A stretch of 64,000 nt of DNA, taken from the NCBI GenBank assembly GCA_013298775.1, contig JAAFIV010000019.1, positions 25,290 to 89,289 on the forward strand, read 5' to 3'. A model generated the notes under the pieces. The model saw only the letters and a list, made by a program, of their open reading frames with translations. It was not told the DNA's origin and made no database searches. This DNA comes from Ignavibacteria bacterium. GTDB lineage: Bacteria; Bacteroidota; Ignavibacteria; Kapaibacteriales; UBA4661. The position numbers were made by a program, and so were the translations under genes. Each line of letters opens with the position of its first letter. Positions within the stretch are counted from its first letter, which is position 1. Below, piece by piece: positions 44,893-54,400 of the stretch.

Positions 44893-47466
44893 TTATTCCT
44901 CGTCTGCCGCTCTCTCACTATGCCCGTTGGTAGTGTGTCCGTCGAGGCTGGTGATTTCTGCATCCAAAGCCGCATCAATGCTTGCTCCGTCGCCACCTTC
45001 CACAACGCCCTCTGCGCCGCCTTCCGCTCCTTCGATTTCATCTTCTTCGTGCGTAACAATTGCCACATCAGCGATGGTGTCTTCGTCGTCGAGCTTGATA
45101 AGGCGCACACCTTGTGTGTTTCTGCCAATCACGCGAATATCCTTTGCTGATTGGCGAATAACCACGCCTTGGCTCGTCATTACCACCACGTCGTGCGTGT
45201 CGTTTACTTCCAAGATTGCCGCTACGTCGCCGGTTTTATCGGTCAAGTTCATCGAAATAACGCCCTTCGCGCCACGACTGGTGCGGCGGAAATCCTCGAA
45301 GCGGCTGCGCTTGCCGTAGCCTTTTGTGCCAACAATAATCACGCTTGTATCGGAGTGGCGAATTGCTTCCATCGAAACAACCTCATCGCCTGCGTTCAGG
45401 TTGATGCCGCGAACGCCCGTAGCGGCGCGTCCCATCGGGCGAACATCGCTTTCAATAAAGCGACACGCCATCCCTTTGCGCGTTGCGATGATAATTTCGC
45501 AGTTACCGTCGGTGAGGCGCGTGGAAACAAGGCGGTCGTCGTCGTTCAAACCAAGAGCAATGATGCCGTTTGTGCGGACATTTTCAAATTCATCCAACGG
45601 CGTTTTTTTACACGTGCCATGTTTCGTGGTCATCATAATAAACTGCTTGTCGTTGAATTCGCGCACGGGCAGGTAACTCGTTACGTTTTCGTCGGGTTGC
45701 ATTTCAATCACATTCGCAATCGAACGCCCGCGCGATGAGCGACTGCCTTCGGGCAAATCGTACACCTTCACGCGGTAGCACCGCCCTTTGTCGGTGAACA
45801 TCATCAAGTAATGGTGCGTTGCGGCTTGGAAGACGGTTTCCACGAAATCGTCTTCGCGTGTGTTCGAGCCGCTTGAGCCGCGTCCGCCGCGTCCTTGACG
45901 GCGATAACCCGCGACGGCGGTACGCTTGATGTAGCCTTGATGTGTGATAGTTACAATCACTTCTTCGTTGGCAATCATGTCTTCAATCGTGAATTCACGC
46001 GCATCGTGGACGATTTCCGTGCGACGAGCATCACCGTATTTGTCGCGGAGTGCCTTCAGTTCTTTGGAAATCTCCTGCATCTGAAGCTGTTTGCTATCCA
46101 AGATATTTTTGAGGCGTTCAATCGTCTGAATGACTTCGCGGTATTCATCTTCGATTTTCTGCCGTTCCAAGCCCGTCAAGCGTTGCAGACGCATATCCAA
46201 AATTGCTTTTGCTTGCAATTCCGACAGCTTGAACTTGGCTTGCAGTGAGGCGTTTGCCGTTGCAGCATCTCGTTCACCACGAATGGTTTTGATAATTTCT
46301 TCAATGTTGTCAAGCGCGATGCGGAAGCCTTCCAAGATGTGCGCCCGCTTCTCTGCTGCGTCCAAGTCGAATTGCGTACGGCGCACAATGATTTCATTGC
46401 GGAACTCCAAGAAATATTCCAGCATTTCTTTCAAGTTCAAGATGCGCGGACGACCCTTCACGAGCGAGAGCATAATCACGCCGAAGGTAGATTGCATCTG
46501 GGTTTGCTTGAAGAGATTATTCAGTACCACCGAAGAATTTGCATCGCGCTTGAGGTCAATCACCACGCGCACACCATCGCGGTCGGATTCATCGCGCACA
46601 TCGGCAATATCTTCGAGCTTTTTCTCGCGCACGAGTTCGGCAATTTTTTCAATCAAACTTGCTTTGTTCAACTGATACGGAAGTTCCGTAACGACAATAC
46701 TTTCACGCCCATTTTTCTGCTTTTCAAAGAATGCTTTTGAGCGAATAATCACGCGCCCGCGCCCCGTCATGTACGCATCGTGAACGCCCTGATAGCCATA
46801 AATGATGCCGCCTGTGGGGAAATCTGGCGCGGTGATGTGCTGCATGAGTTCTGGCACGGTCATATCTGGCTTTTTGATAAGCGCAAGCAAGCCGTTGGTG
46901 ATTTCGGTCAAATTATGCGGCGGAATATTCGTCGCCATACCAACTGCGATACCGCCTGCACCGTTCACAAGCAAGAGCGGAACACCAGTCGGCATAACGC
47001 TTGGTTCTTGCAAGGAGTCGTCGAAATTGGAGCGGAAATCAACGGTATTTTTGTCCAAATCGCGCAACACTTCGCCCGAAATACTTGCCAAACGCGCTTC
47101 GGTGTAACGCATCGCGGCGGGCGCGTCGCCGTCCATTGAGCCGAAGTTACCTTGTCCGTCCACGAGCGGATAGCGCATAGACCAGCCTTGTGCAAGGCGC
47201 ACCATTGCGTCATAGACCGATGAGTCGCCGTGTGGGTGGTATTTACCAAGCACCTCGCCGACGATACGCGCAGACTTTTTGTACGGGCGATTGGATGCCA
47301 AGCCTAAATCCGTCATACCATACAAAATGCGCCGATGCACAGGTTTTAAGCCGTCGCGCACATCTGGCAAGGCACGCGCAACGATAACCGACATGGAATA
47401 ATCAAGGTACGAATTGCGCATTTCGTCTTCCATCGTAACCGGAAGAATGCGTTCAGTTGTTGCCAT
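44893..47466 (-). CDS. gyrA: DNA gyrase subunit A
   Basis: [40 protein letters not shown], GyrA-box QGRGGRG, acidic tail. Confidence 0.98.
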   Translation of the reverse strand: MATTERILPVTMEDEMRNSYLDYSMSVIVARALPDVRDGLKPVHRRILYGMTDLGLASNRPYKKSARIVGEVLGKYHPHGDSSVYDAMVRLAQGWSMRYPLVDGQGNFGSMDGDAPAAMRYTEARLASISGEVLRDLDKNTVDFRSNFDDSLQEPSVMPTGVPLLLVNGAGGIAVGMATNIPPHNLTEITNGLLALIKKPDMTVPELMQHITAPDFPTGGIIYGYQGVHDAYMTGRGRVIIRSKAFFEKQKNGRESIVVTELPYQLNKASLIEKIAELVREKKLEDIADVRDESDRDGVRVVIDLKRDANSSVVLNNLFKQTQMQSTFGVIMLSLVKGRPRILNLKEMLEYFLEFRNEIIVRRTQFDLDAAEKRAHILEGFRIALDNIEEIIKTIRGERDAATANASLQAKFKLSELQAKAILDMRLQRLTGLERQKIEDEYREVIQTIERLKNILDSKQLQMQEISKELKALRDKYGDARRTEIVHDAREFTIEDMIANEEVIVTITHQGYIKRTAVAGYRRQGRGGRGSSGSNTREDDFVETVFQAATHHYLMMFTDKGRCYRVKVYDLPEGSRSSRGRSIANVIEMQPDENVTSYLPVREFNDKQFIMMTTKHGTCKKTPLDEFENVRTNGIIALGLNDDDRLVSTRLTDGNCEIIIATRKGMACRFIESDVRPMGRAATGVRGINLNAGDEVVSMEAIRHSDTSVIIVGTKGYGKRSRFEDFRRTSRGAKGVISMNLTDKTGDVAAILEVNDTHDVVVMTSQGVVIRQSAKDIRVIGRNTQGVRLIKLDDEDTIADVAIVTHEEDEIEGAEGGAEGVVEGGDGASIDAALDAEITSLDGHTTNGHSERAADEE

Positions 47467-47744
47467 AATCACACGCTGTTGATTGAGAGGGGGAAGAATG
47501 TTAATTCAAGGTTTTACGCCGTTTGTTCACAATTTTTGCATCATTTTGAACACGACAAAAGAATGAACAATATACGGAATTTCTGTGATATTTTCTAGGA
47601 TATTGCACTAGGATTTCTCGGAGAATTGCCTCTCTAACGTTGGACAAAAACAAATGGTAAAAGTCAGGTTCGTACCGTTGCTGGACATCGCTGAAGAGGA
47701 TGCTGAAAAGATGCTGAAGAGATTTTGTTGTGTTCTATACCTCT

Positions 47745-47901
47745 GTACACAACAAAACTTTTTTCATAGTGGCGTGAGACTTCTTGTCTGTGAGTGTTGG
47801 TGAGGGGTTCAAGCAACGAACACAGATAAGCTGAGGGAATCCCTCAGGTTTGTGCCACTGAAGCCTGATTTAATGAGCTTTTCAGAGGTTTTGTCGTGTA
47901 C
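47745..47901. mobile_element. 157-bp element: family A doublet (47769-47858) inside an outer inverted repeat
   Basis: Outer GTACACAACAAAAC / GTTTTGTCGTGTAC; extra hairpin CTGAGGGAATCCCTCAG in the right REP loop. Confidence 0.78.
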
Positions 47902-47923
47902 AAAGGTGTATGGGTTCAAGGGA

Positions 47924-48286
47924 TTATCCCCACACCGCCGCGATGACCGCTTCTAACGAAACAGCCTTGACGTGGGTTTGGGCTATTATCTGTTCCAGAG
48001 CCTTGATGCGGTCGGCTTCGTGAGGCATTTCTATCCGTACAACAGTGGCGAAAAGACTATGTTTTCTCATCTTCTTGAGCCATTTATCAATAGTCATGGA
48101 GCCGCAAAGTATTGTACCGTTTCCGGGCTTCTGCAACACTTATTTCGCCATGCTCTATTTCCGAAACGACGCGCTGCTTGAATGCCGCGCTATAGCGTTT
48201 GACTATCCGTCGTTCTTTCGCTGTCATATCACTTCCCCCTGAGTAAAGTTAAATAGGTTTTTGTCAACTTTTTTCAGGATGAGACA
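47924..48286 (-). mobile_element. IS3-family remnant: left end plus frameshifted, truncated orfA
   Basis: End TGTCTCATCCTGAAAAAAGTTGACA; ATG 48227 gives MTAKERRIVKRYSAAFKQRVVSEIEHGEISVAEARKRY, then a frameshift into GSMTIDKWLKK...EADRIKALEQ; no orfB. Confidence 0.8.
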
Positions 48287-48308
48287 GAAATAACGCGATA
48301 CAAACAAT

Positions 48309-48364
48309 AATGGAGACTACTTTCCAGCGCAGGTGCGCTTTTGAAGGTAGTCTCCATTTTTTTT
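48309..48364. terminator. Terminator-like hairpin, family E copy 2 (inverted relative to copy 1)
   Basis: AATGGAGACTAC / GTAGTCTCCATT plus T-run, downstream of the acyl-CoA dehydrogenase. Confidence 0.72.
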
Positions 48365-48445
48365 CTAGTAATACAATCGAATAATACAACTTAAATTCAA
48401 GCAATCAAAAAAGGCTGACAAACGTAAAGCCAGATTCTATTGCAA

Positions 48446-50227
48446 TTACATCGTCACTGGATAGCCCGTTGCTTCCAAAACGCTTTGTGCAATAGAGCGG
48501 CGCAAGCCAATCGTATTCACGGTTGCGTGGCGGGTGAAGCGTTTGAGTGCGCCCATATAGACCGCAATTTCTTGCTCGTCTTCGGTCAGGCGGCACACCG
48601 CTTGGCGACCTGCAACAGCAGCTTCTTCTACGGCATTGTGCGTGTAGAGTTTGGTCATTTGCTCCATAATTGCGGTATCTACGCCGCGCTCTTTGAGTTT
48701 GCGAACACGCAAAATCGCTGATTCCGACGCATACAAACCAATGATAATATCAGCGATACGTGCCATTGTTTCTTGCTCTGTATCCACTTTTGCACCAAAT
48801 TTCATTGCTGCCGTGCCAGCAAGCATGAGAACAAGGTTTTTGAGGTTTTTCACTGCGCGAAGCTCTTCGCCAAGCAAACCGCCGTCGTTCTGCTCTTCGA
48901 GGCTTGGGTCCATCACTTTTTTCTGAACGCCTTGCGCTGCTTGCATAAGCGGCAATTCACCTTTCATTGCGCGTTTCAAGAGCATTCCTGGAATGAGCAT
49001 ACGATTGATTTCGTTTGTACCTTCGTAGAGGCGCATAATGCGGGCATCGCGGTAGGCGCGTTCAATTGCGTATTCTGCCGAGAAACCGTAGCCGCCGTGA
49101 ATCTGCACGCCTTCGTCCACAACATAGCTCAAAACCTCGCTACCCAAAACTTTGATAATTGAGCATTCAACCGCATATTCTTCGATACATTTCAGTTTGA
49201 ATGCGCCGTCTTTGCTATCGCTGATAGCTTCGTCAATCAAGCCAGCCGTGCGGTAAATCACCGATTCGCACGCGAAAATACGAGCAGCCATTTCACCCAA
49301 TTTTTCCTGCATCATGCCGAAATTGGAAATCGCCTGACCGAATTGCTTGCGTTCTTGCGAATATTTTGTGGCAATCGCGAGCGCATTTTTCGCACCACCC
49401 AAGCCGCCCGCACCAAGTTTGAAGCGACCTGTGTTCAAGATATTGAACGCAATTTTTGCACCCTGACCAACGTCGCCCAAAAGGTTTTCTGCGGGAACTT
49501 TTACTTTATCCAAAATGAGCATCCGTGTTGAGGAGGATTTAATACCCATTTTCTTTTCTTCTGCGCCCGTCGAAACGCCAGCCATGCCGCGCTCTACAAG
49601 GAATGCAGAGAATTTTTCTTTTTGACCATCTACGCGAGCGAACACGGTGAAAAGGTCAGCAAATCCAGCATTGGTAATCCACATTTTTGTTCCGTCGAGC
49701 GTATAGTACGTGCCGTCGTCGGAGAGAACTGCTTTGCACTGACCGCCGAGCGCGTCCGAACCTGCATTCGGCTCTGTGAGCGCGTATGCAGCGATAATTT
49801 CTGCGGTGTTCAGTTTCGGCAAGTATTTTTCTTTTTGTGCTGCATTGCCAAAATACACGGTCGGAAGCGAGCCGATGCTTTGGTGTGCGCCGTAGGTGGT
49901 GCTGAAACCGCCCAGCACTGCCATTCCTTCAGCCACAAGCATTGCTGCGGTTTTTGGAAGGTCGGTGCCGCCGTATTCTTCGGGGATTTCAATACCCAAA
50001 AGCCCGATGTCGCCGAGCTTGCGCAGCAAATCTTCGTTCAGCGTACCTTCTAATTTTTCTAACTTTTCGATATTCGGCACGATTTCATTTTCGCAAAAAT
50101 CTTTCGTGGTTTGGGCAATCATCTTCAGCTCATCGCTGAAGTCTTCGGGCGAGAAAATGGTGTCTGGTGCAACGTCTTCCATGAGAAACGCGCCACCTTT
50201 TTGCAATTTTGCTGCGGTTGCTGTCAT
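48446..50227 (-). CDS. Acyl-CoA dehydrogenase (long, FadE/VLCAD-like)
   Basis: YALTEPNAGSDA, GTKMWITNA, EEKKMGIKSSST, QIHGGYGF, RLYEGTNEI. Confidence 0.94.
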   Translation of the reverse strand: MTATAAKLQKGGAFLMEDVAPDTIFSPEDFSDELKMIAQTTKDFCENEIVPNIEKLEKLEGTLNEDLLRKLGDIGLLGIEIPEEYGGTDLPKTAAMLVAEGMAVLGGFSTTYGAHQSIGSLPTVYFGNAAQKEKYLPKLNTAEIIAAYALTEPNAGSDALGGQCKAVLSDDGTYYTLDGTKMWITNAGFADLFTVFARVDGQKEKFSAFLVERGMAGVSTGAEEKKMGIKSSSTRMLILDKVKVPAENLLGDVGQGAKIAFNILNTGRFKLGAGGLGGAKNALAIATKYSQERKQFGQAISNFGMMQEKLGEMAARIFACESVIYRTAGLIDEAISDSKDGAFKLKCIEEYAVECSIIKVLGSEVLSYVVDEGVQIHGGYGFSAEYAIERAYRDARIMRLYEGTNEINRMLIPGMLLKRAMKGELPLMQAAQGVQKKVMDPSLEEQNDGGLLGEELRAVKNLKNLVLMLAGTAAMKFGAKVDTEQETMARIADIIIGLYASESAILRVRKLKERGVDTAIMEQMTKLYTHNAVEEAAVAGRQAVCRLTEDEQEIAVYMGALKRFTRHATVNTIGLRRSIAQSVLEATGYPVTM

Positions 50228-50362
50228 AACAGGCTTCCTAAAAAATTGGGTATAACAAAATAAGGGTTAAATATCGTTCACTATCAAGGAATGAAAACAC
50301 GCCGTAAAGAGTTGTTCGGTAGAGAGATACAGAGGTGGTGAACTTCTGAACACGGTCGAATG

Positions 50363-50394
50363 CAAAACTACAAAAAAAAGTTGATGTATCAACT
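50363..50394 (-). promoter_or_regulatory. Candidate promoter -7 box and palindromic operator AGTTGAT-GT-ATCAACT
   Basis: TAGTTTTG on minus at 50363-50370; perfect 7-bp-arm palindrome at 50379-50394. Confidence 0.45.
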
Positions 50395-50471
50395 ACATTT
50401 GTAAAAAAAATGAAAAAAAGTAGAACTTCCGCAAAACAACAGTTTTGAAGAGCAGACAAGAGTGTTTGCTC

Positions 50472-50616
50472 CAATGTCATCAATGTAAGCCCTCACCCCG
50501 CTCTGCGAGCGACCCTCTCCCAAAGGTAGAGGGTTTAGAGATGGCTCTATGTCTTGCCCTTCTCCTCCTGGGAGAAGGGTTGGGATGAGGGAAAAATCCT
50601 TACGTTGATGACATTG
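50472..50616. mobile_element. 145-bp MITE with IS4-like ends carrying a family D palindrome, inserted in a GTAG REP
   Basis: TIR CAATGTCATCAATGTAAG / CTTACGTTGATGACATTG (17/18); flanking GTGTTTGCTC / GTTTCTGCTC (8/10). Confidence 0.85.
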
Positions 50617-50718
50617 GTTTCTGCTCTACTAAAGCCCCATGAAGACTGGGTCTTATGGTAACGCAGAGACTCTTGTCTGCGCCACGTGAGAAAATCTCTT
50701 CAGATTTCATCCTTCTTT

Positions 50719-51342
50719 TCACGGTTTCCATGCCAAAAAATTCTCCAGCACACGCAAGCCATAATCTTGGCTCTTTTCAGGATGAAACTGCGTGGCAACG
50801 ATATTTCCTTTGCGCACGGACGACGTAACCTTGATGCTGTATTCGCAATACGCCGCAATGTCGTCCGCGTTGTCGCAGTGCAGATAGTAGGAATGAACGT
50901 AGTAAAAATCAGGGTTGGCGGGCAGCCCAGAGGCAAGCGGCTCTCCAGCGCGGAAGTGCGTACTGTTCCAGCCAATTTGCGGCACACGAATACGCGGGTC
51001 GTCGGGCTGAATGCGTACCACATCTGCCTCGAACCAGCCTAAACCCTCGTATTCACCGCCCTCGAAGCTGCGCCGCGCCATCATCTGCATTCCAACGCAA
51101 ATGCCCATTGTTGGTCTGCGCTCTTCAAGGGTTAATTTGTTCAACATTGGGATAAAACCTTGATTCTTCAAACCATTGATGCAGTCCCGATACGCACCCA
51201 CGCCCGGAAGCACGATGCGCTCTGCGTCCGCAAGTTCTTCGGGATTGCGGCAAATGTGCAGGTCTGCACCCGCCATTTCAAGCGCGTTGCAAATAGAAAG
51301 AAGATTGTTTACGCCAGTATCGACAAGATGAACGGTAGTCAT
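50719..51342 (-). CDS. hisH: Imidazole glycerol phosphate synthase glutaminase subunit HisH (or HisH-like paralog)
   Basis: LPGVGAY, GICVGMQ, VPQIGWN, YYVHSY, TQFHPEKS. Confidence 0.88.
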   Translation of the reverse strand: MTTVHLVDTGVNNLLSICNALEMAGADLHICRNPEELADAERIVLPGVGAYRDCINGLKNQGFIPMLNKLTLEERRPTMGICVGMQMMARRSFEGGEYEGLGWFEADVVRIQPDDPRIRVPQIGWNSTHFRAGEPLASGLPANPDFYYVHSYYLHCDNADDIAAYCEYSIKVTSSVRKGNIVATQFHPEKSQDYGLRVLENFLAWKP

Positions 51343-51380
51343 TTATGAAAGGATGAAGGTGGAAATGAAGGTTTGCAGAA

Positions 51381-51467
51381 TGGCACAGACAAGAGTGTCT
51401 GTGCTACCGAAGCCAGTATCTATCAGTAGCGCAGACACTCTTGTCTGCGCATAAATGTCTGTGCCAC
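51381..51467. repeat. Family A variant (GTAG REP units, outward-facing, nested)
   Basis: CACAGACAAGAGTGTCTGTGCTAC ... GTAGCGCAGACACTCTTGTCTGCG ... TGTCTGTGCCAC. Confidence 0.8.
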
Positions 51468-51483
51468 AAGACGCAAAGCAACA

Positions 51484-54400
51484 TTACGAAACATCCGAAA
51501 GTTGCTGTGCAATATCCGCAAATTTATCCAAATGCGCGGGGATTTTTTCCATATCAAAGCTCTGCACATAGCGTTCTAACGCGCTTCCATACTCGCTCAG
51601 AAGCCCAATGCCGTATTCCGTGCCAAGCTGCTGCACCCGTGCGGCGAACTGTTTTGCTTGCTTATTGTTGAAGGTGCGACGCAGTGTTGATGCTTGTTCC
51701 ACGCATTCCTGGCGCACAATTTTGATAAGCTCTGGCAACCGCGCTTTTTCTGCTGCGCCGAGATTTTCAAGCGAAAGCGTTGGCGATGCGAGTGCGCCAG
51801 AAGCAGCGTCATTGCTTGCATCTGAGCTTTTTTCGACCGTGTGCGGGAGAAATTTCATTAGTTCGCTGACGAGTTCTTGCTTGGTGATGGGCTTGCGCAA
51901 ATAGCCATCGCAGAGCATTTCAATTGTTGGTAAATCTTCTTTCATTGCCGAAGCAGTGAGCGCGAGCGTAGGAATGGCGCGGGTTCGGTCGTTGCTTTTG
52001 AGGAGGCGCGTGGCTTCGTAGCCGTCCATTTCGGGCATGAGCAAATCCATCAAAATCAGGTTTGGTGCGTGTTCCAGCGCAGCTTCGACTGCTACTTTCC
52101 CGTTCACCGCTTCCACGATGTTCACATTCGCATTCGCCAGCAAACCCGCAACAAGCTCGCGGTTCAACTGCACATCGTCCACAACAAGGATAGTTGGGTT
52201 GTGGAAGCGCACGTCGGCGGCATTGTCGGTTTCTGGGGCATGGTACAATTTTCCAAGCTCAATCGTTTCGACCGAATCAAAGCTCACCGTGAAGCGCGAA
52301 CCGCGTCCTTGCTCGCTTGTGAGGCTGATGCGCCCTTGCATCATTTCCACCAAACGTTTTGTAATCGTCAGTCCCAAGCCTGTACCGCCGTATTTACGCG
52401 CACTCTGACCCTCTTGCTGGCGGAATGCTTCAAAGACGATTTGCTGCTGCACATCAGGAATGCCGATGCCAGAATCTTCCACTTCAAGCTGGAGCTTGAT
52501 GCGATTCGGCTCAATGCCTCGTTCTGTCCGCATTCGGAGCGTAACTGCGCCTTTGTCGGTAAATTTTACGGCATTGCCAACAAGATTAAACAAAATTTGG
52601 CGCAAACGAATTTCATCCAGCATCATGCCAATCGGCGCGGAGACATCAGATTCTATGCGGAGTTGCAAGCCTTTTTCCTGCACTTTCGCGCTAAACATCG
52701 CGCCCACTTCGCGGACAACCTGCGCTACGTCAATCGGCTCGTAAGTAATATCCATGCGCCCTGCTTCGATTTTCGATAAGTCCAGAATGTCGTTGATAAG
52801 CCGCATGAGCGTCTTTCCGCTTGAGGAAACGGCGTGGAGGTAACTCTTCTGGCGGTCGCCTTGCACCTGCTCTTGCAGAAGTTCGGTAAAGCCCAAAATG
52901 GAGTTCATCGGGGTACGAATTTCATGCGACATATTGGCAAGAAACTCAGATTTTGCGCGGTTTGCAGTGTCGGCGGTTTCTTTCGCGCTGCGCAGCGATT
53001 CATTCACCGATTCCAGTTCTTCGGTGCGCTCGGCGACTTTTGCTTCCAGCGTTTCATTGAGATTTTGCAAGGTTTCTTCGGCAAGTTTTCGTGCGCTGCT
53101 GTCGGCGAAGGTCACAACGCAGCCATCCTGAAACCGCGCTACTTTGCGGCTCATCCAGAAGTTCATGCCGTCGCCGTCGTAGTAAATTTCGGCTTCTTCG
53201 GGTCTGCCACTTTCGCTCACGCGCACGTAGCTGTGGAACAAGCCATTGTGCTTGTGCGCGGGGAATTCGCGCAGCAAAGATTTTTGTGCAAGCTCGTCGG
53301 CTGGACGGCGCATCATTGCTGCTCCTGCGGGATTCACGAAGAGAATTTCAAAGTCCGAAATCACGCCGTAGCGGTCGCGGATAGCTTTTACGAGCATCAC
53401 GCCATCCAGCGAATTGTCCATCACACCGCGTACTAGCTCGTCTGCCTCACGCTGTTTGCGCTCTGCCTGTTTGCGCTCGCCGATGTCCAAAATTAAACCA
53501 TTGAAAATAATTGTGCCTTTGGAAGGCTCTTGTTTACTGGTGTTTGGGGTAATTGCAGTTGCGCTTTTTGAGCCAAGTGATTTCGCAATCGTCGGTTTTG
53601 CGACACCTTCCCACCAGCGCGTTTCGCCGCTCGGCAAAATGTAGCGACCCTCGAAATGAAGCGGCTTGAGCGTCCGTTTTGCCTCGTCAATGCTTTGCGC
53701 CCAGCGCGTTTCGTCGTCGGGGTGAATCCGCAACAGTTGTGGATTGCTTTGCCACTCTTCGGCAGAAACGCCGAAAATATCCCGCACGCGGGGGCTGATG
53801 TACTGGAATTGCTGCGTTCCGTCGGCTTGTACGGCGAGTTGGTAAATCACGCCCGGCACGTTATCTGCCATGTCGCGGAAGCGGCGGTCTGCCTCGCGTT
53901 CACGCTCTTCGGCTTTTTTGCGCTCGGTGATGTTTTGCGTGAGAAGAAGTCCTGCGAAAATATTGCCGGCTGCATTCCGCACTGGTGCTGCTGTTGCAAT
54001 AAATTCACTGCCCGCTTGCTGAATTTCCGCGCTTGCTGCCTTGCCCAAAAGTGCAGTGCGGAAGAGCGTTTCGTACTCGGCGGCGACATCTTGCGGAAAT
54101 GCGTCGTACAAGGTCAGATTTTTCACGTCCTCACGCTGCAAACCCATGGCGGCAAGCCCTTGTCCGCCCGCAATGAGAAATTCAAAATCTTCATTGAAAA
54201 GGAACACCGCGCCTTGCGGATAATTGGAAATGATGGTGCGGTAGAGTTCTTCGTTACGCTGGGTTTCGGCTTCCGCTTTTTTGCGGCGCGTGATATTTTG
54301 CGACATCATAATGAGCCGAGTAACTGCGCCGTTTTCATCGGATATTGGCACAAGATACACCTCGTACATTTGCCCGCGAAAATCGAGTTCTGCCGTAACG

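Noticed and set aside
51484-51760. His-less Hpt-like tail of the hybrid kinase as a novelty
   Set aside because: Degenerate helical tails are common in such kinases and cannot be assessed without an alignment.
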